34,088 nt of DNA, taken from positions 1-34,088 of IMG/VR virus record IMGVR_UViG_3300017913_001889; one strand, 5' to 3'. The DNA comes from a virus. Lineage: Duplodnaviria > Caudoviricetes. Made by a program: the position numbers and the translations under genes. The notes beneath the pieces are model-generated. The model saw only the letters and a program-made list of their open reading frames with translations. It made no database searches and was not told the DNA's origin. Positions 29,001 to 34,088 of the stretch are shown here, one piece after another; positions within the stretch are counted from its first letter, which is position 1; the number at the start of each line of letters is the position of its first letter.

Positions 29001-29292
29001 AGCAACTGGTGTCACAATTGGTACAAGTCTTGATAGTACAGAAATTGAAGAAGCAGTGTATGTAAAAGTAGGCGGTACTTTATTAACCAATACTGAGTAT
29101 ACAGTTACACAGCTAGATCCAGTTGTACAAATTGAATTGGATGATCCAATTGCTGACGGAGACAGAGTAGAGATAGAGATATTTGTTAACAAAGCAGTAT
29201 GGTTCTACGATGTCTATGCAGACGGTAGTACACTTGATGGCCTCGAGTATCAAAGCACTGATGCAGCTAGGTTCATAAGAGGCGAGATTTAA
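17002..29292 (+). CDS. Giant (4096 aa) baseplate wedge/adhesin protein, gp7-position
   Basis: TTG start directly after the gp6 TAA, with a GGAG SD. N-terminal FLPEIFRT and C-terminal YIEEVKPYH resemble wedge-protein motifs. Contains FG-GAP repeats, CBM5/12-like motifs and GSGY repeats. Confidence 0.75.
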   Translation: MANRIRTIDFLPEIFRTETNKQFLSSTLDQLVQEPKLRPTQGYIGRRTGLGVESTDQYVIEPTQQRTDYQFEPSLVFLENDKNAVTDVLTYPGYIDRLRIKGANVDRHDRLFNSEFYSWDPFVDFDKFVNFGQYYWLPDGPDSVDVSASEVLVTDDFTVSRTSTGYTFSDVAGTLPTITLARNGSYTFDVNQNGNPFYIQTTPGKDGTLSFNDQSSRDVLGVVNNGEDNGTITFNVPERTAQNFFLELTSAGSVDLVTDLKFNQIHNVSLSAFLEEHDGIDGITDLDDRTIIFTTRVAGEDGGWLESTQFDNVQGFDGEEYDKTRTITDNSEKYGTWKIVYVYDSNGENPFLTLVSTGTVDTQTKLTINYGTTYASTQFWKTSEEYFEKVPLITASLDVLYYQDGTNDNFFGVIKLVDQEDSDVLDINDILGSVSYTSPNEVVFTNGLKVQFEGRVTPTSYAGNEYYVEGVGTSIQLLPVNDFITPEDYAESLSTPFDTLGFDEGGWDGSENAPLNKDYMIMNRASPDKNAWARNNRWFHVDVITDTASYNNTTAVLDNTKRANRPILEFRAGLSLYNSGSQAIDPVDIIDNLELDAFTNINGETGYSVDGVALEEGTRIIFAKDTDPAVRNKVYTVNFVEFDDSSEPVISLQAPNIEHPSIAVNSSVLITSGVDNGGKTYYYDGVEWKLAQYKEELNQAPLFDLYDINGYSFSDHSVYPSSSFVGSKLFGYAVGTGVNDTVIGQPLKYLNINNVGDIVFENYLNTETFTFVNGAGVGETVKINTGYAREYSDRTTYTTLLGWQKSSDEVVSLQRFSFDYTGDDLILDVEANTANNAVKVFVNGVFLLPENYTYSTNSNNVTQITFINAPELNSLVEVSVQSNSVSQVGHYTVPSNLENNSTNTNENELTLGTIRNHYNTICQNIDNFDGKINGANNLRDLGNTVPYGRGILQQSSPLTMLGTFLNDSRFDLFNALDFASNEYEKFKNRLLDEAIKSDWQGKTTDFILDTVLETLNAGKNQYSPFYWTDSIPSGKTYEETTYTVSDITTDTFDTLYSYDFTTASYNGILIYLNDEILLGDAHEYTVATDGPRITINTDQITLTNGDVLKIREFRQTYGSFVPSSPASLGLSPVWEPNKFADDTYTTTTNVIRGHDGSITVAYDDFRDDLLLEFEKRIYNNIKTDNRYQVPLEVVDVMPGASRETEYSLTEINEILSKDFLRWVGTNKLPYNEQTYDANNPFTWNYTSSTSKLTGEVLLGGWRAIYRYYYDTDRPHSHPWEMLGLTEKPSWWDNKYGVAPYTSGNLVLWEDLRDGYLADPDNPRTLADYARPDLLRIIPVDSEGNLLSPRDTIVGNYDSNSFAKSWVIGDEGPVETAWRRSSHYQFALQRLLALTKPAKYFSLFADRISYKYNTDFEQFLVDNRSRLQPNTVNVYGNETITNSYMNWIIDYNRLLGVDSTTLLEDRLDNIDVRLSYRMAGYSDKQYLKIFSEKSSPDSLNNSLLIPDESYQMLLYKNPAFEEVSYSGVIIQKADNGYTIFGYSTLNPYFETLSSIPNGRYSTFNVGGDDYRISSDFRDTVVRIPYGYTFTSKSSVVDFLVSYGKLLENQGMTFDNIENNIVVDWKQMAQEFVYWADANWVTGSLINLNPGANIVKISKDSAVAESLIAPGLDNIMLDQNKQAINDTDYVVERIENDLTLRALSNNNFNLLTARFTAYEHIVVLDNTSIFNDLIYNPGTGARQNRLLINGYKTFDWNGTLDAQGFILNQDNVQQWEPDQSYSKGEIVLYKNAYWSASEIIPPKAEFDFNDWIKSDYNKIQKGLLPNLATKADLLKDNYSLNSANLERDGDLLGFGLIGFRPRQYMQNLNLDDISQVNLYKQFLGSKGTLASAEIFSLANLNKEVAEYNITENWAIKRASYGATANRNFIELNLKDENLYANPSTVSVVDTNGSASSTADQTILIEDIYKESVKVTDTNILPTYTLGKPDKILPDAGYVNFDDVEIKVFDFNDLSAIINNIELLALGTNIWVAKSNTYDWNIYRANLIAPRVTQVTDNLNGTSTVQFDGIHSLSAGDKIIIKYFDILVDGAYEVANVPSITTATIALSLPGETTSITESGIGLVLSSVRVEQSSDILDLNIANTIVPGSRVWSDNNGSDKWNVYKKTSPYAFEYHLEPDDSKSVDMLYGTSVAIGIDGFGAIVGAPGYDSGKGGVYTYNKDGITSFEQVSLLGPDTTGIVGFGTSLDIGGTEYAVSGAPESDTDRGYAFIINRSRSTGQYLIRQCLTTDGALAATGEFGYSVAISNDERWMYIGAPGDDKVYAYNKFETEQQSIDFVGDGSTNEFDISNAVKVDDDSTDNGIGKDQLSVLINNRAQDDSDWAYADGEVSFSTIPNAGDAIRVTRKQSLFYEATNIAELELNNVYTIAKANNIYAFSVFVDDVIQRPFIDYTYNESTKILSFSSTEYPSGVTGDILIRSDSYWQLVDSFTYFDITGDAKDHNTRFGTSIATTTDGRQLMVGAPNDTVSGKDNTGTVVAIDRSVLKYQIQDNDHDGEFTDFTSTDSTETVYGTPTVKLNGRFLKLDDGTNFGGEYTWENDTVSISEDLSVGDIVEIETNAFKMFQRVAPQTAEVNLNFGTELEQCSTNCTLYISNINDSTIVKESGSVDRWTNNARVYGTITGTVQNPTPTVGHSIRINNYEVVLTGTSLAETVDDINNANLPNITASASNGYLKLDLVDVDAGDVFTKLQVMPGAGSAYTDLGIQVLGYTQTIHPPVASENGHFGTSLINDISNGVNTLFVGAPDASAIRATTFDDNSTSFDGGSTEIQTTLEKTGVVYTYDYLSSTNSSVDNPGKFVFGQQVYNLDIFGLDRFGASLSYYNGLLLIGTPQDDLGDSVGNFGQASLYFNEKRGRAWATEYEQQDIVDVELLNSVFVYNKTSNQVIDYIDYVDPIQGKILGVARQNIDYITGLDPAQYNVGNENNNGQFWRDVHVGEIWWDISTVRFIDYHQDDLAYKSRRWGQQFPGSSVDIYQWTESSVPPAEYTGPGTVHSTQSFVIQSTLDTTGVFVSKYYFWVKGIDTIASAKNKTLSTTAITQYIDNPRSSGVSYVAAIGTSDVALYNCRDKIIANDSVLHIEYDKEKNQDNVHVEYDLIGDGKADSFLSDNLYRKLLDSFSGNDTLGNPVPDVALSIANKYGVEFRPRQSMFKDRFEALKNYLTKANAILAMHPVAESKSFALLNSKEAMPNSVSGQWNKSVDTYAELTYQNLDIVDEGYRYLVKSDENEGGLWTIYTKQSDNSLLLSRVQTYDTSDYWSYIDWVRPGYNTAIKPIAEVDNQSNLQTVTNVNEGDSVKVTSNSFGKFEIYQYVSGEWMRVVAENSTIAVSNEIWDLTVGSYGFGAEVFDNQRFDQNPSTETRQIIKALNEEIFVGDLLSYRNELLILLFEYILTESKAPDWLIKTSLVDVDHKIRDLEPFSVYRRDNQDFVQDYIEEVKPYHVKIKEFKLRYEGLDTFAGTLSDFDLPAFYSNTYSKFISPVLDDTDYATVTTALESHIPSTDPLWDTIPYSQWFENYKLGVASVTVTNSGSGYTVPPTVTVSGTATRDAELVARINTAGNVIAIDVVDEGEGYTTTPTIVFEGGNGTGARAIAVLTQRLARSFNTTLKFDRYEYSTNVVNWTANTFYEPGDLVKYNNKVYTAVELQDSSAIITDTFEPSYFEEVDQDTLSGVDRIIGLYQPDVNDPGRELQQLITGIDYPGVQVKGPNFNEDPGFDVGNFDTVPYGDPADGDLPEGSSRISDTYIDTIYNSSFTDTYLGTRSTDVNVEGGAFVDTYSSHAPEELVPSSLFDTLQLTITQLEREFNPDYSSDTPVALEFRIFQDMRENQKIYRILDSVTAELTQDLSVTDDTIYVDDASKLPEPNLSDGVFGVITINGERILYRTRNTTDNTLSGLRRGVSGTAIASHSEGDYVYSSSTTEQLPDDYQITKDSHKFIFTGDGSTDTFTATGVTIGTSLDSTEIEEAVYVKVGGTLLTNTEYTVTQLDPVVQIELDDPIADGDRVEIEIFVNKAVWFYDVYADGSTLDGLEYQSTDAARFIRGEI

Positions 29293-29296
29293 TACG

Positions 29297-29304
29297 GATA
29301 AATA
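29297..29304 (+). promoter_or_regulatory. Late promoter GATAAATA
   Basis: Lies in a 16-nt intergenic gap, 4 nt before the ATG at 29309, the same geometry as at gp25. Confidence 0.6.
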
Positions 29305-29308
29305 GTTT

Positions 29309-29974
29309 ATGAATTCTAAAGTACAAAATATAAAAGAGAAAACAGTGAAAAATCAAAATACCAAAAAGCCAGATGAGAACGGTTCGTTGGCGATTAGCGG
29401 TCATATCAAAATATTCGATCCTAATACCAACGAAGTTATTGTTGATAAGCGTAATGCTATTCACTATGAAAATATCAGTGAAAGCATTGCTAACAGTTTG
29501 TCGAACAAAACCATTGGGCAGATTTTTCAAATGAGCTTTGGCAACGGCGGAAGCAGTGTGGATCCTACTGGAGTAATCACTTACTTGCCGCCAAATACCA
29601 CTGGGCAAAATGCAGACTTGTACAATCCTACTTATAATAAAGTAGTAGACGATACCAGTTCTGCTAACCTTGATCCTAGCAGAAATAAATTAACAGTGTT
29701 ACATACAGCAGGTAATGTTTACACAGATATTCTTGTTAGTTGTTTGCTAGATTACGGAGAGCCAAGTGGACAAAGCGTATACGATAACAGCACAGATTTT
29801 AACGGGGATTTTGTATTTGACGAACTTGGACTTAAAACTTGGAACGGAAGTTCAGAAGATTTAAGATTGATTACACATGTAATTTTTCACCCAGTACAAA
29901 AGAGTTTAAACAGACAAATACAAATTGATTATACAGTTCGAATTCAAACTTTAACTAACTTGAGTTCAACATAA
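29309..29974 (+). CDS. Virion structural protein (baseplate/fibre attachment)
   Basis: Has GHIKIFDP...NAIH, FGNGG, FDELGL and LITHVIFHPVQKSLNRQIQIDYTVRI. Sits between the giant wedge gene and the fibre gene. Confidence 0.6.
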   Translation: MNSKVQNIKEKTVKNQNTKKPDENGSLAISGHIKIFDPNTNEVIVDKRNAIHYENISESIANSLSNKTIGQIFQMSFGNGGSSVDPTGVITYLPPNTTGQNADLYNPTYNKVVDDTSSANLDPSRNKLTVLHTAGNVYTDILVSCLLDYGEPSGQSVYDNSTDFNGDFVFDELGLKTWNGSSEDLRLITHVIFHPVQKSLNRQIQIDYTVRIQTLTNLSST

Positions 29975-30002
29975 ATATAGATATATTAAGATTTGGTAAA
30001 TA
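29970..30002 (+). promoter_or_regulatory. Tandem late promoter boxes CATAAATA (29970-29977) and GGTAAATA (29995-30002)
   Basis: Two TAAATA boxes upstream of a GGAG SD and the ATG at 30026. Confidence 0.6.
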
Positions 30003-30025
30003 CACTATAATTGGAGTAGAAACAA

Positions 30026-31222
30026 ATGGCATATACCATTAATAAAACAGATGGTTCGATCTTTGCAACAGTCGCAGACGGAACCATTAATACAGGATCA
30101 AGCCTAACGCTAGTTGGTAAAAACTATGCGGGTTATGGCGAGTTCTTGAATGAGAACTTTATAAAACTTTTGGAAAGCGGAGCAAAATCCTCAGCACCTA
30201 GCGCACCTTTAGAAGGACAGCTATGGTGGGATTCAACAAGTAATGTTTTAAAAGTTTACAATGGTTCAATTTTTAAGACCATTGGCGCCGCTACAGCTAG
30301 TGCTTCTGCTCCAACAAACCAAATAACTGGCGATTTGTGGTGGGATACTACAAACGAACAATTAAAACTTTATAATGGTACTGGTTTTACAACTATTGGA
30401 CCAAGTTTTACAAGCGGACAAGGACAAAGTGGTGCAGTTGCTACTACAGTAACTGATACATTCGGCGGATCGCATACTATTTTACAGATGTATTCAGGTA
30501 ATACAATTGTTGGTATATGGAGTCCAGATGCTACATTTACGCCGGCAAGTGCTATTGCAGGATTTGCTACAATCAGCCCAGGATTGAATATCAGTACTAG
30601 CGTATCTAGTGCAAAATTACACGGCACTGCAACAGATTCAGATAAACTAGGTGGCGAAAACTCAACCAGTTATTTGAGAAGTGATGTTGCTGATACATCT
30701 GACGGTGTAATTACCTTTACAAACGGATTGACTACAAGTGCAATTACCAAAACTGGTGTTGACGGAGTTGGTAATATTGGTAGCTCGTCGAACGCATTTA
30801 ATGTTGTTCACGCAAAGGCAACAAGCGCACAGTACGCCGATTTAGCAGAAAGATTTGCTACAGATACAGCGTACCCGGCTGGTACAGTTGTAGAAATAGG
30901 TGGTGTTGCAGAAATTACCAAAGCCGTTGATGAACTTACAGATAACGTTTTTGGTGTTATCAGTAATCGAGCGGCTTATCTTATGAATGGAGCTGCTGGA
31001 GACGACGATACGCATCCAGCAGTTGCTATGACTGGACGTGTACCTGTGATGGTTCTAGGAACAGTAAACAAAGGAGATAGACTAGTTAGTGCTGGCAATG
31101 GTTTTGCTAGAGCTGCTAGCGCAAATGAAGTAACAGCTTTCAATGTGATTGGAAGATCACTGGAAAGTAAAACAACAGCAGGCGAAGGTACTGTTGAAGC
31201 TATTGTAAAAATATCTAATTAA
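30026..31222 (+). CDS. Tail fibre/spike protein with C-terminal intramolecular chaperone (peptidase G2-like autocleavage domain)
   Basis: Has two AP....G(Q/D)LWWD.T...LK.YNG repeats. The C-terminus YADLAERF...GTVV...GVIS...AYLMN...VAMTGRVPV.V.G.V.KGD.LV matches the autoproteolytic chaperone pattern. Confidence 0.75.
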   Translation: MAYTINKTDGSIFATVADGTINTGSSLTLVGKNYAGYGEFLNENFIKLLESGAKSSAPSAPLEGQLWWDSTSNVLKVYNGSIFKTIGAATASASAPTNQITGDLWWDTTNEQLKLYNGTGFTTIGPSFTSGQGQSGAVATTVTDTFGGSHTILQMYSGNTIVGIWSPDATFTPASAIAGFATISPGLNISTSVSSAKLHGTATDSDKLGGENSTSYLRSDVADTSDGVITFTNGLTTSAITKTGVDGVGNIGSSSNAFNVVHAKATSAQYADLAERFATDTAYPAGTVVEIGGVAEITKAVDELTDNVFGVISNRAAYLMNGAAGDDDTHPAVAMTGRVPVMVLGTVNKGDRLVSAGNGFARAASANEVTAFNVIGRSLESKTTAGEGTVEAIVKISN

Positions 31223-31231
31223 GGAAACTAA

Positions 31232-32212
31232 ATGGCATATTCAAGCGGGTCAGTAATATTAGACGACGATTATAACATCTTCGCTACTGGTAATGCTGCA
31301 GGAACAGGAGACAATGACACTGCAAATGTAAACTCTGTATGGGGTACAGGAACCGGAGACAAAGGATATGGACAAAGCAGTCCTATCAGCGCAGTCAGTG
31401 CAGGATCAACTATTACTGCAACACAATGGTCATCATTATTAACAAGATGTACAACATTAAGTAATCACCAAGGTACGACAATTACTTCGATTACTAATCC
31501 AAGTGCAGGTGATACAATTGAAGCGTATGCGGCACTAAGTACAAACGTCACGAATTTGTATAACAATCGTCTTGATGCTGCGGCAAGTGGCACTGACATC
31601 ACTACAAACGGTTCCACAACTACAAGTAGTACTTGGGACGTAAGTGCAACTACAAGTAAAACAGTTACATTTGGTAGCGCAGAACAACTGCGTTTCTTCT
31701 TTAATGCAGGCGGTATGATCCGCATGAGCTTCAGTTTAACAGGCGGTAGTGATGACAAATCTCAAGAATGGGCAGACCTACTAACAAAAACTGGTACTAT
31801 CGTTGTCACTGGATCGGCTGCTAGTAAAACTATTGATAGTGTTGCATACACTGGTACCACAAAAATCGGTGGCGGCGGTACAGCCGATACACTAGCAACT
31901 GGTACCGGTGCGCTAGACTACACAGGCTCAGCAACTGAAATTTTCAAACAGTATGCAGATACCGCACCTTACACTGCAAACTATATTAAAATCGATGCTA
32001 GCGTGAGCGGAGCAGTAATAACATTTGCAGTAACATTACAAGATGATGCTGTAGATACTATTGCACCAGCGGCTGGTACAGGTGATGCACTTGACGTTGT
32101 TGATGGTACATTAACTATGACAACAGTAGTTCGTCCTCCGAGTACAACTTACTTAACAAGCACTTGGGGTACACCGTCTATGAACGCGGCTACGTGGACG
32201 CTAAGTAGTTAA
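31232..32212 (+). CDS. Virion structural protein (Thr/Ser/Gly-rich, fibre-associated)
   Basis: 326 aa with an AAGGA SD and RFFFNAGGMIR motif. Last gene before the terminator in the late operon. Confidence 0.6.
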   Translation: MAYSSGSVILDDDYNIFATGNAAGTGDNDTANVNSVWGTGTGDKGYGQSSPISAVSAGSTITATQWSSLLTRCTTLSNHQGTTITSITNPSAGDTIEAYAALSTNVTNLYNNRLDAAASGTDITTNGSTTTSSTWDVSATTSKTVTFGSAEQLRFFFNAGGMIRMSFSLTGGSDDKSQEWADLLTKTGTIVVTGSAASKTIDSVAYTGTTKIGGGGTADTLATGTGALDYTGSATEIFKQYADTAPYTANYIKIDASVSGAVITFAVTLQDDAVDTIAPAAGTGDALDVVDGTLTMTTVVRPPSTTYLTSTWGTPSMNAATWTLSS

Positions 32213-32229
32213 AAACTATCAAATCTACT

Positions 32230-32257
32230 ATAAAGGTCCTCCGGGGCCTTTATTTTT
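32230..32257 (+). terminator. Rho-independent terminator with C(UCCG)G tetraloop
   Basis: ATAAAGGTCC-TCCG-GGGCCTTTAT followed by TTTT: a 10-bp stem with a UNCG loop, as in T4-like terminators. Confidence 0.85.
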
Positions 32258-32283
32258 GACTAATTATTCTGTATACTAAAGAG

Positions 32284-32604
32284 ATGACTATGGATACAGA
32301 TAAACTATCACAAAGAATTCGCAAACGCTTTGATCACAATCAGGCAAAACTTGTCCTACAGGAAAAATATACTGCAAAAATGTTATTTGCTTATAGTGGC
32401 GGTATGTGGTATGCTGACCCTGCACTAGTTACACAGTGTAATTTGTGCATCGCTAACAGCCATCAACAGCCTGTGCTAATGGATACACACAATAATCCTA
32501 TACAAGTAGATGCTGAAGAATTAAAAACTCTTGCTCTGCAACGCTGGCAAGAACAAATGAACGCATGGCATGCTGAACTTGAAAGTATCAAGCGAGAAAG
32601 ATGA
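32284..32604 (+). CDS. Hypothetical protein, possibly a tail-fibre assembly chaperone (DUF4376-like)
   Basis: GGMWYAD...LMDTHNNPIQVDAEELKTLA pattern and position after the fibre genes. ATGA overlap with the next gene. Confidence 0.45.
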   Translation: MTMDTDKLSQRIRKRFDHNQAKLVLQEKYTAKMLFAYSGGMWYADPALVTQCNLCIANSHQQPVLMDTHNNPIQVDAEELKTLALQRWQEQMNAWHAELESIKRER

Positions 32605-33352
32605 GTACAGGCGCATTAATCTACGCAACAGATGGCGATATAGCATACACAAAAATTGCTCAAGAATGTGCTCGACGGGTAGAACAATATATTGGCTTAC
32701 CGTCAACGATTGTATCAGGCAGTAGCACAGTAACAGGAAACCGTGCATGGGCAGATTGTGAAAACCCAGTCGCCTGCGTAACAGCGGACGGTGTAATGCA
32801 TTACAGGATAGTCCTTACGAACGTACACTATTAATAGATGCTGATTATTGGATAGCAAGTGATTGTTTAAAATCACTTTTGCATGCAGATGGACACTTTT
32901 ATGCGCATAATAATCGAATGTATATAAATGAAACATCAAGTAAAGTAGAAACATTTGGCATACTAAAAACACCCATGTGGTGGGCAACTGTTTGTGTATT
33001 TGATCGCAGTGAATTTTCGCAAGATGTTTTTGATGCATGGAAAATGATACAAGACAACTATGGTCATTATGCAAATTTATTTCAATTTACTCGCAAACCA
33101 TTTAGAAATGATTATGCACTAAGCATGGCACTATTATTAGTTAACGGAGGAGAATATCCTGATTGTGCTATTCCGTGGCCACTAATAAATGTACCTGACA
33201 GTTGTGATATAGAATTAGAAAACAATAAATGGACACTAGGTTATACAGTGTACGAAAATGAAGAACACAAACCTAAACGTATAACCGTTCAAGACCAAGA
33301 CCTGCATATTATGGGCAAACGTAATTTGGAGAAACTGCTTGACTTACAATGA
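32601..33352 (+). pseudogene. GT-A fold (GT8-like) glycosyltransferase split by a -1 frameshift near 32776 (pseudogene or sequence error)
   Basis: Frame 1 reads MSTGALIYA...YTKIAQECARRV...ENPVA. The -1 frame continues RNSGRCNALQDSPYERTLLIDADYW (DxD motif) straight into the 32879-33352 ORF with RNDYALSMAL and LHIMGK. Confidence 0.8.
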
Positions 33353-34088
33353 AGACAGAGGATATATTATTCCTGCATTCAATACAGCAGATGTAGACTA
33401 TGTTGAGTGTGCCCGTACACTTGCTAAAAGTTTGCGTTGTTATCACAATGATGTTAAAATATGTTTGTTAACCAGTGAAAACATTAAAGATCCACTATTT
33501 GACTATGTTAGTGTGGTTGAGGATTTAGGCGGGTACCTAAATGATTATCAAGTTTACGCTAATAGTCCGTTCCACGAGACAGTAAAGTTAGAAGCAGACA
33601 TGATACTTACTGCACCCTTTGAACAATGGTGGACACTGTTTAGACATTATGATGTGTATGTAAGCACAGGATGTAACAACTTTCACAACGAGTCTGCAAC
33701 CAGTAGACACTATAGAAAAATCATTGATGCAAATCGATTGCCAGATGTGTACAATGCCATTACCTACTGGCGTGTTAGTCCGCTTGCAAAAAACTTTTTT
33801 ACTACAGTCCGTAATTTAATGAACAACTGGAGTAGTGTACAAAACAGTTTATTGTACGCCAAGGACGAACCTGTAAACACGGACCTTGCTTATGCTGTTG
33901 CAATTGAGTTCATGGGAGAAGAAAGTTTTATAGGTTGGTACGGACCTAAGATAACTCACATGAAGCCAAAGATTAATCAATTAACCGCAGATGACTGGAG
34001 CAAACAATTAGTTTGGGAAATACTAAAAGGTCAAGTAAGACTCAATGGATTCACACAGCATGGCATATTACACTATCACATCAAAAAG
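33339..34088 (+). CDS. GT-A fold (GT8-like) glycosyltransferase, paralog of upstream gene (partial, runs off the window; missing from ORF track)
   Basis: TTG start after a GGAGA SD. Reads MTYNEDRGYIIPAFNTADVDYVECARTLAKSL...SPFHETVKLEADM...NTDLAYAVA...THMK...LHYHIK and is open to the end of the window. Confidence 0.8.
   Translation, partial: MTYNEDRGYIIPAFNTADVDYVECARTLAKSLRCYHNDVKICLLTSENIKDPLFDYVSVVEDLGGYLNDYQVYANSPFHETVKLEADMILTAPFEQWWTLFRHYDVYVSTGCNNFHNESATSRHYRKIIDANRLPDVYNAITYWRVSPLAKNFFTTVRNLMNNWSSVQNSLLYAKDEPVNTDLAYAVAIEFMGEESFIGWYGPKITHMKPKINQLTADDWSKQLVWEILKGQVRLNGFTQHGILHYHIKK

Noticed and set aside
17002-29292. Length of exactly 4096 aa as a possible software truncation; possible intein
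   Set aside because: A real TAA stop at 29290-29292 and a sensible start right after gp6 are present. No intein or LAGLIDADG motifs were seen.
1257-31758. Numerous 60-160 aa antisense or out-of-frame ORFs in the track
   Set aside because: All overlap long, motif-bearing genes and show no recognisable motifs.
6074-32212. Bacterial T6SS/eCIS locus, diversity-generating retroelement, or stop-codon recoding
   Set aside because: gp55/46/47 and late promoters indicate a phage. No reverse transcriptase or TR/VR pair was seen. TAA, TAG and TGA all end genes normally.
32256-32277. TTGACT...TATACT sigma70-like promoter after the terminator
   Set aside because: The spacer is only 10 nt.

Overview
This is a segment of a large T4-related myovirus (probably jumbo-phage scale), AT-rich and using the standard genetic code. 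The left arm runs on the minus strand: gp55-like late sigma factor, gp47 (Mre11/SbcD), two glycosyltransferase-like ORFs, gp46 (Rad50/SbcC) and a small stand-alone GIY-YIG nuclease. A ~400-nt ORF-free, highly structured minus-strand element begins right after the nuclease stop codon. It converges on the 3' end of a polysaccharide pyruvyl-transferase-like gene. The right arm runs on the plus strand from a divergent promoter region near 6.0 kb and is a contractile-tail baseplate module: tube initiator-like, gp53, gp27-like hub, gp5-like spike, gp25, gp6, a 4096-aa wedge/adhesin protein, a fibre protein with an autocleaving chaperone and other structural genes. After a UNCG terminator come a putative chaperone and two paralogous GT-A glycosyltransferases, the first split by a 1-nt frameshift. 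The best candidate for a new system is the minimal GIY-YIG nuclease plus its downstream structured RNA, which could be a nuclease-RNA complex or an RNA-primed origin. All family assignments come from motif recognition by eye; no searches were run.
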